Positions 1 to 9,058 of a DNA stretch of 64,000 nt are shown piece by piece (position 1 is the first letter of the stretch; the number at the start of each line of letters is the position of its first letter). This stretch comes from Thermodesulfovibrionia bacterium. Its GTDB lineage: Bacteria; Nitrospirota; Thermodesulfovibrionia; UBA6902. The stretch lies in contig JAUSMY010000030.1 in the NCBI GenBank assembly GCA_030646035.1, forward strand, positions 46,434 through 110,433, written 5' to 3'. Made by a program: the position numbers and the translations under genes. Under the pieces are notes generated by a model. It saw nothing but the letters and a program-made list of their open reading frames with translations, was not told where the DNA came from and made no database searches.

Positions 1-1
1 G

Positions 2-370
2 GCGGAAAAATACCTGCTAGAATATGACTGGCCCGGAGATGAGAAAGAGCTCGAGGTCACCATCAAGAGGGCGTGCATATTATCCGACGGCCCTGAACTT
101 CTGCTGAAAGACTTTGATATAAGCCAGAGACAGATCAAGTCGATCGGGAAATTCTTAGAGGATCGGCTCAGCGGCTTTATGCAGAGCATAAAAAGGTTTG
201 ACAGCTTCAACCTCTACAACATGGTCATCCCGGAGGTTGAAAAATCGCTCATTATGATGGTGCTTAAAGAGACAAGGGGCAATCAGTTCAAAGCAGCGAA
301 ACTGCTCGGAATAAACCGCAACACTCTAAGAAGCAAGATAAAGAAGCTCGGCATAATAACAAAGCCATAG
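2..370 (+). CDS. sigma-54-dependent transcriptional activator, C-terminal fragment (gene starts upstream of the window)
   Basis: Frame 2 is open from the window edge. Translation AEKYLLEYDWPGDEKELEVTIKRACIL resembles the WPGNVRELxN end of NtrC-type AAA+ domains. It is followed by a Fis-type HTH (GNQFKAAKLLGINRNTLRSKIKKLGI). Confidence 0.8.
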   Translation, partial: AEKYLLEYDWPGDEKELEVTIKRACILSDGPELLLKDFDISQRQIKSIGKFLEDRLSGFMQSIKRFDSFNLYNMVIPEVEKSLIMMVLKETRGNQFKAAKLLGINRNTLRSKIKKLGIITKP

Positions 371-402
371 GTCTCAAACCTTCAGCCTTATTGAAATCTT
401 GA

Positions 403-431
403 TTGACATTACACTTTTTTTAGCTTACATT
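403..431 (+). promoter_or_regulatory. putative sigma-70 promoter of the NHL-repeat gene
   Basis: TTGACA (403-408), 17-nt spacer, TACATT (426-431), about 50 nt upstream of ATG 482. Confidence 0.45.
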
Positions 432-481
432 TAACCATGCAATTCAATGAAGAGCAAATAACTTTAACCGGGAGGGGTGTT

Positions 482-1612
482 ATGAAAAAGAGTTGGAAGT
501 TCCTTTATCTGTTTTTTGCTGTCACAGTTGTTAGCGGTCTGCTAATCTCAGGTTGCGGTCATAATACGGAGGAGATTGGTAAATATTTAATGGGAGGCAC
601 CATACAGGGACAGGCGCTGAATTCAGGAGGGGTTGTTTCCACATTTGCAGGCTCTCCAAATCAAGTGGGTTCTGAAGATGGATTTGGTGCGGGACCCCGC
701 TTCAACAGGCCCTATGACATCACTACTGACGGGACAAATCTATACGTTACCGACAGGGATAACCATACTATAAGACAGATAGTGATCGATACAGGAGAGA
801 TAACAACCCTTGCAGGAACCGCTGGTTCTTCAGGCAGTACTAACGATACAGGAGCCTTAGCCCGGTTCAATCAGCCTACAGGCATCACAACAGACGGGAC
901 AAACCTTTATGTTGCTGAGAAAGAAAACCATACCATAAGAAAGATAGTTATAGCCACCAAAGTAGTAACGACACTTGCCGGATCAGGAGCCAGCGGGTTT
1001 GCAAACGGCACAGGAACCGCAGCCACATTTAACCAGCCCTATGGCATAACCACAGACGGGACAAACCTCTTTGTAACAGACCGGAATAACCACACGATAA
1101 GGCAGATAGTCATCGCAACCGGCGAGGTCACTACCTTGGCTGGAACCGCTCTATCTTGGGGAATTGCTGACGGCTTAGGAGCAATTGCCAGGTTTAACGA
1201 GCCACGCGGCTTAACAACAGACGGGACAAACCTTTATGTAACAGACTGGAATAACCATACGATCAGAAAAATTGTGATCGCAACCGGTGATGTCACTACT
1301 TTTGCCGGAGATAATACCACATCCGGTGATGATGACGGCATAGGAACATTAGCCAAGTTTTACAGGCCAAGGGGCATCACATCTGATGGTACAAACCTGT
1401 ATGTGGCAGATTACTGGAACAATACTATAAGAAAGATAGTGATCTCTACGGCAACGGTTTCAACGCTTGCAGCTTCCGCAACGGCAGGATTTGGATTTGC
1501 TGACGGTACCGGAGAGGATGCAAGTTTTGATGAACCAAGCGGCATCACTACTGATGGAATCAGCCTCTATGTGACAGATAATGCCAACGAGACGATAAGG
1601 AAGATAGATTAG
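482..1612 (+). CDS. NHL-repeat (six-bladed beta-propeller) lipoprotein
   Basis: Six copies of about 40 aa, pattern TDGTNLYVTDxxNHTIRxIVIxTGxVTTLAG. Signal peptide with lipobox LISGC. ATG 482 is preceded by GGGAGGGG; the upstream ATG 437 has no SD. Confidence 0.8.
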   Translation: MKKSWKFLYLFFAVTVVSGLLISGCGHNTEEIGKYLMGGTIQGQALNSGGVVSTFAGSPNQVGSEDGFGAGPRFNRPYDITTDGTNLYVTDRDNHTIRQIVIDTGEITTLAGTAGSSGSTNDTGALARFNQPTGITTDGTNLYVAEKENHTIRKIVIATKVVTTLAGSGASGFANGTGTAATFNQPYGITTDGTNLFVTDRNNHTIRQIVIATGEVTTLAGTALSWGIADGLGAIARFNEPRGLTTDGTNLYVTDWNNHTIRKIVIATGDVTTFAGDNTTSGDDDGIGTLAKFYRPRGITSDGTNLYVADYWNNTIRKIVISTATVSTLAASATAGFGFADGTGEDASFDEPSGITTDGISLYVTDNANETIRKID

Positions 1613-1640
1613 CTTTTTGCTATTACAGTTACTAAAAAAT

Positions 1641-1675
1641 AAGGGGACGGCAAAAAACCGTCCCCTTATTTTTTA
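1641..1675. terminator. bidirectional rho-independent terminator between convergent genes
   Basis: Perfect 10-bp stem aaggggacgg / ccgtcccctt with loop caaaaaa. Flanked by an A-run upstream and a T-run downstream. Confidence 0.75.
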
Positions 1676-1699
1676 CTTAAATCAAGAAACCCTTTTACC

Positions 1700-2134
1700 T
1701 TATAACTTCAAAAGCGCCAGCCCGACCTCAGGATCAAGAACTCTCTTCGCGTCAACGCCCTCTATCTCCATAATTATCACTTCAAGCACCAGAAATGCCT
1801 CTGAATTCTTCCTAAGGCAGCCTATCTTCATCATATCCTTCTTCCCGAACGCGCCGTGGAAATGTATCTTCGGCTCATCATCCTGCCAGAATATGGTTCC
1901 GATTCCGACTACCTCATGGCTCTCGTCAAGGCTCTTCCATACCGGCACAGGAGGCAGACTCTCATCTTCAGGGCCGACAACTATATCGCCCTTCTTCATC
2001 CCTCCCACAACATAAAGCACACCTGCCCTTATATCCTCTTTCTTTGCTATATCAACAAGCCCCTTAAGAACGTCATCCCCGTCATCAAACTTTGCGACTA
2101 TCATCCTTCCCTGCCTGCCGACCTGATATTTCAT
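1700..2134 (-). CDS. PPC (DUF296) domain protein
   Basis: MKYQVGRQGRMIVAKFDDGDDVLKGLVDIAKKEDIRAGVLYVVGG... fits the PPC/DUF296 pattern in size and layout. ATG 2134 is preceded by AAGGAGGGG. Confidence 0.55.
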   Translation of the reverse strand: MKYQVGRQGRMIVAKFDDGDDVLKGLVDIAKKEDIRAGVLYVVGGMKKGDIVVGPEDESLPPVPVWKSLDESHEVVGIGTIFWQDDEPKIHFHGAFGKKDMMKIGCLRKNSEAFLVLEVIIMEIEGVDAKRVLDPEVGLALLKL

Positions 2135-2261
2135 ATCCCCTCCTTGATCTTCTGAAGAAATTATACTATAACGACAATTCATAATGAAAAAGTGGAATTA
2201 CGATAATCAAATTTTGTAAAATACAAGTCCTTTAAACTGACCAAAGGCGGAATATATATCT

Positions 2262-2732
2262 ATGGATGAAAAGAAATGTCAGGCAGTGCTCAAAGCTCAT
2301 CAGGAAGATGGCGGAAACATCATCTCCCTTCTTCAGGAGATACAGGAAGTTTTTGGTTACATACCGGAAGATGTGGTCTTCTGGTTCTCAAGAGAATTAA
2401 ACATTCCCGCAAGCAATTTTTACGGCGTAGCAACATTTTATTCGCAATTTTACCTTAAGCCGCGCGGCAGGAATATCCTGACCGCATGCTGCGGCACAGC
2501 CTGCCACGTAAAAGGCTCAGGCGCTGTTATCAGCAAGATAAGGACTGACCTCGGCATACCTGAAGGTGAGACCACAACCAAAGATGCGCAGTTCACATTG
2601 GAGAGCGTGGCATGTGTAGGCGCATGCAGCATCGCTCCGGTATTGATAGCTAACAAGAAGGTCTACGGAAAGGTCACGCCTGAGATGGCATCCACTATGC
2701 TGAAAGAATTCAAAAAGGATACGGGTAAGTAA
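2262..2732 (+). CDS. NuoE/HoxE-like [2Fe-2S] thioredoxin-like ferredoxin subunit of NAD-linked formate dehydrogenase
   Basis: Cys pattern CCGTACHVKG ... CVGACSIAPV is typical of the NuoE 24-kDa family. Sits immediately upstream of nuoF-like and fdhA genes. Confidence 0.85.
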   Translation: MDEKKCQAVLKAHQEDGGNIISLLQEIQEVFGYIPEDVVFWFSRELNIPASNFYGVATFYSQFYLKPRGRNILTACCGTACHVKGSGAVISKIRTDLGIPEGETTTKDAQFTLESVACVGACSIAPVLIANKKVYGKVTPEMASTMLKEFKKDTGK

Positions 2733-2733
2733 T

Positions 2734-4530
2734 ATGCCGGGAGCCAAGAGCAAAAAAGCCGCAATAAAAGATCTCACAATAAGGGTCTGTGTCGGAACAG
2801 GTGGGCTTGCAGCCGGAAGCCAGGAGGTCATAGATACCTTTACTAAAGAGCTGAAGCTAAAAGGTCTGAAGGCTAATGTAGAAAAAAAATGCGTTAACAA
2901 GACAGGCTGCCGCGGCTTCTGCGCCAAAGACGTGCTTGTCGATGTCATAATTGACAACAGCACATCAACATACCAGCTTATAACTCCTGAGATGGTAGCC
3001 GGTATTATTGAAGAGCATATTATCGGCGGCAAGCCTGTTGAGAAGTGGCTGGTCGGCCCTGATTATCACGCCTTCCATGATAAACAGACAAAGATACTTC
3101 TTAAACAGTGCGGCCATATAGACCCCGAGGATATCAATGCTTACATCGGTATAGGCGGATACAAGGGCGCTGAGAAGGCGTTATCATTAACGCCTGACAA
3201 AGTCATAGATGAGGTGAAGAAGTCAGGACTCAGAGGAAGGGGCGGCGCAGGTTTCCCAACTGGCGTCAAGTGGGAGTTCTGCAGCAGGAACGCTGAGAAG
3301 ACAAAATATATTATCTGCAATGCTGACGAGGGCGACCCTGGCGCGTTCATGGACCGCTCTGTAATTGAGGGCAATCCGCATGCTGTTTTAGAAGGCATGA
3401 TCATAGGCGGATACGCCATAGGCGCAAACTTGGGTTATGTATACATTCGCGCAGAATACCCGCTTGCGATCGAAAGGCTCAAGATAGCTATAAAAGAAGC
3501 GGCAAAGAAAGGGTATCTCGGAAAGAATATATTCAAGAGCGGTTTTGATTTCAATATAAAGATAAAGAAGGGCGCAGGCGCTTTCATATGCGGAGAAGAG
3601 ACCGCTCTTATCGCATCAATAGAGGGCGAACGCGGAATGCCTCGCTCAAAACCGCCCTTCCCTGCCAACAAAGGGCTATGGGGCAAGCCTACGATCATTA
3701 ATAATGTTGAGACTCTGGCAAACCTTCCGGCGATAATTACAAGCGGCGCAAAATGGTTCTCATCCATAGGCACAGAAAAGAGCAAGGGCACAAAGGTCTT
3801 CGCTCTTACAGGAAATATAAAGAACTCCGGCCTTATTGAAGTCCCGATGGGGATGCCTCTCAAAGAGATAATTTTTGACATAGGCGGCGGCATGGAGAAG
3901 AAAAACAGGAAGCTCAAAGCTGTGCAGACAGGCGGGCCTTCAGGCGGCTGTATCCCTGCCTCACATATAGATATGCCTGTTGATTATGAATCGCTGATGG
4001 CTATCGGTTCTATGATGGGCTCAGGCGGCATGGTCGTTATGGATGACGCGACCTGCATGGTGGATATGTCAAAGTTCTTCCTCTCATTTACCCAGAGCGA
4101 GTCATGCGGCAAATGCGTGCCATGCAGAGTGGGAACAAAGAGGATGCTTGAGATACTAACAAGGATAACCAATGGCAAAGGTAAAAAAGGCGACATCGAC
4201 CTTCTGCTTGAACTCGGAAAAGATATCAAACTTGCATCACTCTGCGGGCTGGGGCAGTCAGCGCCGAACCCAGTGCTTTCCACCATAAACTTCTTCAGGG
4301 ATGAATATGAAGCTCATATAAACGAAGGCAAATGCCCTGCAGGCGTATGCAAGGCGCTGCGCCAATATGTCGTAAATGCAGAGATCTGCAAGATGTGCGG
4401 CAAATGCTACAGCGCATGTCCTTCAGGATCTATAGCGTGGGAGAAGAAGCAGAAGGCTGTTATAGACAAATCAAAGTGTATAAAGTGCGGCGCGTGTTAT
4501 GAAGCATGCCCGTTCGATTCGATACTATAA
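2734..4530 (+). CDS. NuoF/HoxF-like NAD(H)-binding FMN/[4Fe-4S] flavoprotein subunit with C-terminal 2x[4Fe-4S] ferredoxin domain
   Basis: Motifs GRGGAGFPTGVKW, ICNADEGDPGAF and ESCGKCVPCRVG are present. C-terminal CxxCxxCxxxCP is seen twice (CKMCGKCYSACP, CIKCGACYEACP). Confidence 0.9.
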   Translation: MPGAKSKKAAIKDLTIRVCVGTGGLAAGSQEVIDTFTKELKLKGLKANVEKKCVNKTGCRGFCAKDVLVDVIIDNSTSTYQLITPEMVAGIIEEHIIGGKPVEKWLVGPDYHAFHDKQTKILLKQCGHIDPEDINAYIGIGGYKGAEKALSLTPDKVIDEVKKSGLRGRGGAGFPTGVKWEFCSRNAEKTKYIICNADEGDPGAFMDRSVIEGNPHAVLEGMIIGGYAIGANLGYVYIRAEYPLAIERLKIAIKEAAKKGYLGKNIFKSGFDFNIKIKKGAGAFICGEETALIASIEGERGMPRSKPPFPANKGLWGKPTIINNVETLANLPAIITSGAKWFSSIGTEKSKGTKVFALTGNIKNSGLIEVPMGMPLKEIIFDIGGGMEKKNRKLKAVQTGGPSGGCIPASHIDMPVDYESLMAIGSMMGSGGMVVMDDATCMVDMSKFFLSFTQSESCGKCVPCRVGTKRMLEILTRITNGKGKKGDIDLLLELGKDIKLASLCGLGQSAPNPVLSTINFFRDEYEAHINEGKCPAGVCKALRQYVVNAEICKMCGKCYSACPSGSIAWEKKQKAVIDKSKCIKCGACYEACPFDSIL

Positions 4531-4547
4531 ATTGGAAATCTTTCCTC

Positions 4548-7250
4548 ATGGAGGATGCCTTGTCAGAGAATAAGATAAAGATAACTATCAACGGCATTGA
4601 GACCCTGTGCGACAGGGATGATACGATATTAAAGGCCTCAAAGAGGGCGGGCGTAAAGATACCAACGCTCTGCAATGATGACAGGCTTGAGCCGTACGGA
4701 GGATGCAGGTTATGCATTGTTGAGGTCAAGGGTGTACCGAGGCCGCTTCCGGCATGCACAACTCCTGTCACTGAAAATATGGAGGTCATTACTGAGAACG
4801 CTGACATCAGGAGGATAAGGACCAATATCATCGAGCTCCTGCTCTCTAATCATCCGAACGACTGCATGAGGTGTGAATCAACAGGAGACTGCACACTGCA
4901 GGATCTCTCTTACGAGTATGGCGCAACCGGCGCGCGCTACGCAGGTGAGAGATGGAACCTGCCTATTAAAGAGGATAATCCATTCATCACATATGAGCCG
5001 AACAAGTGTGTGCTCTGCGGAAGATGCACAAGGATCTGCAATGAGGTCGTTATGGCGGGCACGATAGAGCTGGTCGGAAGAGGCTTCAACTCAATGCCTG
5101 ATACTGCTTTTGGAAAACCCCGCTCTCTTGATAACTGCGAGTTCTGCGGCCAGTGTGTCTCAACATGCCCTACAGGCGCGCTGACAGACAAGAAGGCGCG
5201 CGGCAAGGGGCGTTCATACGAGATGAAGAAGGTGAGGACGACCTGCTCATACTGCGGAACAGGATGCAATTTCGACCTTAATGTGAAAGACGGGAAAGTG
5301 GTAAAGGTGACATCAGCCTATGACGCGCCTGTCAATCACGGCAACTTATGCATCAAGGGCAGGTACGGTTATGACTTCATACACAGCAAAGACAGGATCA
5401 CAACTCCTCTTATAAAAAAGAAGGGCAAGTTTGTGGAAGCCACATGGGATGAGGCGCTTGACCTTATAGCCATCAGATTCTCTGAACTGATGAAGAAGCA
5501 CGGCAACGAGTCGGTCGGCGCATTCTCATCTTCAAGATGTTCAAACGAAGAAAATTTCCTTTTATCTAAATTCGTGCGCACGGTCTTCCTCAGCAACAAC
5601 GTGGATAACTGCGCGCGCGTCTGACACGCTCCAACTGTTGCCGGTCTGGCAACAAGCCTCGGAGCAGGAGCAGCTACAAATTCTCTGGCGCAGATGCCTG
5701 ATATAGACACACTCTTCCTCTTCGGTTCAAACCCGACAGAGGCGCATCCTATCGTTTCGCTTTATCTCAAGAAGGCTCTCCGCAACGGCGCAAAGCTTAT
5801 CGTCGGCGACCCGAGAGAGACATGGATGGCAAAGCGCGCTGATGTATGGCTCAACCTCAAGCCCGGAAGCAACATAGCTATGCTCAACGGCATGGCGAAT
5901 GTGATACTCAGCAAAGGATGGGAGAACAAGGCGTTCATTGATAAGAGAACAGAAGGTTTCAAAGAATTTGCAGCGCATGTCAAAAAGTATGACCTTAAGA
6001 AAGTCGAGAAGCTCACAGGCGTCGCGCAGGACAAGATAGTCGAGGCAGCTCGCCTTTACGCAAAAGCTGACAAGGCCATGATTGTCTACGGACTCGGAGT
6101 GACCGAGCACCAGACCGGCACTGAGAACGCGATGGCGATATCAAACCTCGCCATACTCTGCGGACATATCGGAAGACCTTCAACAGGCATCATGGCTCTG
6201 AGGGGACAGAACAATGTTCAGGGAGCATCAGACCTCGGCCCATTGCCTGCAACACTTCCGGGATACCAGTCTGTGAAAGACCCGAAGGCTCGCGAAAAAT
6301 TCGGAAAGGCATGGGGCGTTCCCATTTCAGATAAGATAGGGCTCAAGTCAGTTGAGATGCTTGATGAATGCAAGGCAGGAAAATTTAAGGGCATCTTCAT
6401 ATTGGGCGAAGACCCTGCTCAGACAGACCCTGACCTCAACCATGTCAATGCCGCTCTCAAGGCTGTTGATTTCCTTGTTGTGCAGGACATATTCCATACA
6501 GAAACAACAAAGCATGCTGATGTGATACTTCCCGGCGCGAGCTTTGCCGAGAAGGACGGTACCTTCACCAACGGTGAAAGAAGGGTACAGCGCATAAGAA
6601 AGGCGATTGAGCCTCTTGCCGGCAAAGCTGAGTGGCAGGTGATATCAGAGCTTGCGACAAGGATGGGTTATGAGCAGCGCTACAATAATCCTTCAGAGAT
6701 AATGGATGAGATAGCGAGCCTCGTGCCGCAGTACGGCGGAATAAGCTATGAACGGCTTGAGAAGCAGAGCCTCCAGTGGCCCTGCCCGACAAAAGATCAT
6801 CCCGGCACAACCACGATGTACACAGACCTCTTCGCAAGGGCGAACGGGCTTGCGCTCTTCATGACGCTTGACCATAAAGGTTCAGGAGAGGTTCCTGATA
6901 AAGAATATCCATATGTCCTTATCACAGGAAGAGTGCGCGAGCATTATAACAACGGCTCTATGACAAGAAGGGTTCCCGGCATCATGGAACTTGTGCCTGA
7001 AGAGCTTGTTGAGATAAGTCCTGAGGACGCGAAGAAGCTCGATATAAAGAGCGGAGATATGGTTAAGGTCTCTTCAAAGCGCGGCACTGTAAAGGCAAAA
7101 GCAAAGGTCACAAAGCGTTCCCAAAAAGGCAACGTCTTCATGACATTCCATTTTGACAAGGCGCTTACGAACATAGTGACATCAGAGCACAGAGACCCGA
7201 TAACAGGCACACCGGAGTACAAGGCATGCGCTGTGAATATAAGTAAGTAA
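4548..7250 (+). CDS. fdhA: formate dehydrogenase alpha subunit (NuoG-like Fe-S N-terminus plus molybdopterin domain), selenocysteine-containing (UGA at 5622-5624 recoded)
   Basis: ORFs 4506-5624 and 5694-7250 are in the same frame and are separated only by TGA 5622-5624. Read-through gives NCARV-U-HAPTVAGLATSLG, the conserved Cys/Sec-His active-site motif of formate dehydrogenases. A hairpin follows the TGA. The start at ATG 4548 (MEDALSENKIKITINGIE) is less certain than the rest. Confidence 0.85.
5622..5653 (+). promoter_or_regulatory. UGA-Sec codon plus SECIS-like hairpin
   Basis: TGA at 5622-5624. Twelve nt downstream is the stem gttgcc / ggcaac (5637-5642 / 5648-5653) with loop ggtct. 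Placement and the G/U-containing loop resemble bacterial fdh SECIS elements. Confidence 0.65.
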
Positions 7251-7277
7251 GTTTTTCCAATTTTATATATCAAAAAA

Positions 7278-7308
7278 AGAGAGTCGCTTAATGCGGCTCT
7301 CTTTTTTT
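7278..7308 (+). terminator. rho-independent terminator after fdhA
   Basis: Stem agagagtcgc / gcggctctct (one G-U pair), loop ttaat, followed by a T7 run. Confidence 0.7.
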
Positions 7309-7359
7309 ATGCTCTTACCGGCGCTTACGACGGAGTTTACCCCGTAGATGTTGATCTTT

Positions 7360-8502
7360 CTAGTTAAAATGTATGAGATTGCCGTTCACAACTACTGAAG
7401 AAATGTTAATTTCATTGTTAAAAATTGTTAAATTAGCTTCATATCCTGGCGCTATATAACCAAGCTTATTATTTAACGATAGATAATGAGCAGGATATGT
7501 AGAAGCCATTCTCAAAGCTTCATCCTTAGGTATGCCAACTTTCTGAATACAGTTTCTGACTGCAGTAGCCATGTCTAGAGCAGAACCTGCAAGAATATCA
7601 TCTCCTGTTACACATTTGCCATTCTCAACACGAATAGAGTATGGTCCCAATTGAAAATTACATTCATGGGAACCTACAGGAGGCATAGAGTCAGTAACAA
7701 TAAACATCTTGCCTTTTTTCTTGGCACTCCAAGCGATTTTAACACTTGAAAAGTGTACATGGAATCCGTCCACAATAATACCGCAATACAAGTCATCTTC
7801 AACTAATGCTGCACCAACTAATCCAGGTTCACGACTAGAGAATTGACTCATTGCATTAAATAAATGAGTCGCACAAGAGAGTCCTGCCTTCACTGCATTT
7901 TGTATATCTTCAAGTGTTGCATCGCTATGGCCTGCAGAAATTAAAATGCCCTGCGAACTTAACTGTGATAACAGTTCAGATTTGCACATTTCAGGAGCAA
8001 GAGTAATTAATGTTTTTCCATTATCTAAAGATGATAATAATGAGAGGTCAGTGTCAGATAAAGTTTGGATAAATTCTTTATTATGAACTCCGGCTTTTTT
8101 GGGATTGATAAATGGACCTTCTAAGTGAATACCTAAAATGGCTTTATCGCCATTTTTTATTAAGGAGCTAACTGATTGTATTGCTTCTTGAATTTTTTCT
8201 CTACTATCTGTTATTAATGTGGGTAAGAAATTAGTGGTGCCAAATTGTTGGTGAGCCTTTGCTATATCCAGTATAGTTTCCTTAGTAGGAGCATCATTAA
8301 AAAGCTTCCCACCACCACCATTTACTTGAAGATCAATGAACCCAGGAGCTACTGACTTTCTCCCTAAATCAATAATTTCTATCTCATCTGTTAAACTATC
8401 TTCATCTAAAATATCTACAATAGTATTTCCTTTAATTAAAATTGATTTATCATGAATGACCTGTTTTCCTGTGAAAATGTCACAATTCGTTAGAGCATAC
8501 AT
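7360..8502 (-). CDS. nagA: N-acetylglucosamine-6-phosphate deacetylase family amidohydrolase
   Basis: Motifs GFIDLQVNGGGG, HLEGPFI, AGHSDAT, THLFNAM and DGFHV are characteristic of NagA. Confidence 0.85.
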   Translation of the reverse strand: MYALTNCDIFTGKQVIHDKSILIKGNTIVDILDEDSLTDEIEIIDLGRKSVAPGFIDLQVNGGGGKLFNDAPTKETILDIAKAHQQFGTTNFLPTLITDSREKIQEAIQSVSSLIKNGDKAILGIHLEGPFINPKKAGVHNKEFIQTLSDTDLSLLSSLDNGKTLITLAPEMCKSELLSQLSSQGILISAGHSDATLEDIQNAVKAGLSCATHLFNAMSQFSSREPGLVGAALVEDDLYCGIIVDGFHVHFSSVKIAWSAKKKGKMFIVTDSMPPVGSHECNFQLGPYSIRVENGKCVTGDDILAGSALDMATAVRNCIQKVGIPKDEALRMASTYPAHYLSLNNKLGYIAPGYEANLTIFNNEINISSVVVNGNLIHFN

Positions 8503-9058
8503 TGCGTTCCTCCATTATTTTTTTAATTGGTTTACATGGGGCCCCCCAACAAATATAATCAGAAGGCAAGCTTCTTGTAACAACTGAACCGGCACCCACT
8601 ATCGTATTCTCACCAATTGATATTCCATCTAAAATTGTACAATTGGCTCCTATCCATACTCCATCAGCAATTGCAATGCCGATAGCTGTCTCGCCTTGAA
8701 AGCGGATACTAATGTCACTTGTGTAAATATGTTCAGATGCTGCAATATAACAATGACCTGAAATCATTACATTGTTTCCGATTGTAACCCCACCGTGGCC
8801 TGCAATTATGTTGTATTCACCGATAGTTGTCCTTTCACCAATATCAATTAGGCCATTATAGTTGCGCAACACACTACCGTATTTAATTTTACTTCTGTAA
8901 CCTAATTGGATAATTGATTCTTTCGATTCACCAAGATCAAAAAGGACATTTTTTTCTACATCAACATATTTGCCGATTAGTAATTTACCTTTACCACTTA
9001 TCGTAACTGAGTCACCAAAATGAATATTATTTGTAACTAACGTTAGTTTTGTCTTCAT
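8480..9058 (-). CDS. left-handed beta-helix (hexapeptide repeat) acyl/acetyltransferase
   Basis: Repeated [LIV]G-x4 hexapeptide pattern (IGENTIVGAGSVV, IGANCTILDGISIG). Overlaps both flanking genes, suggesting translational coupling. Confidence 0.75.
   Translation of the reverse strand: MKTKLTLVTNNIHFGDSVTISGKGKLLIGKYVDVEKNVLFDLGESKESIIQLGYRSKIKYGSVLRNYNGLIDIGERTTIGEYNIIAGHGGVTIGNNVMISGHCYIAASEHIYTSDISIRFQGETAIGIAIADGVWIGANCTILDGISIGENTIVGAGSVVTRSLPSDYICWGAPCKPIKKIMEERNVCSNEL

Noticed and set aside
1617-2155. Plus-strand ORFs 1617-2015 and 1856-2155.
   Set aside because: They run through the bidirectional terminator and lie antisense to the PPC/DUF296 gene, which has a strong SD and a plausible domain.
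4506-5624. Treating 4506-5624 and 5694-7250 as two separate genes (Fe-S subunit plus catalytic subunit).
   Set aside because: Both are in the same reading frame and are interrupted only by a TGA at the conserved Cys/Sec active-site position, with a downstream hairpin. A single selenoprotein gene explains the data better.
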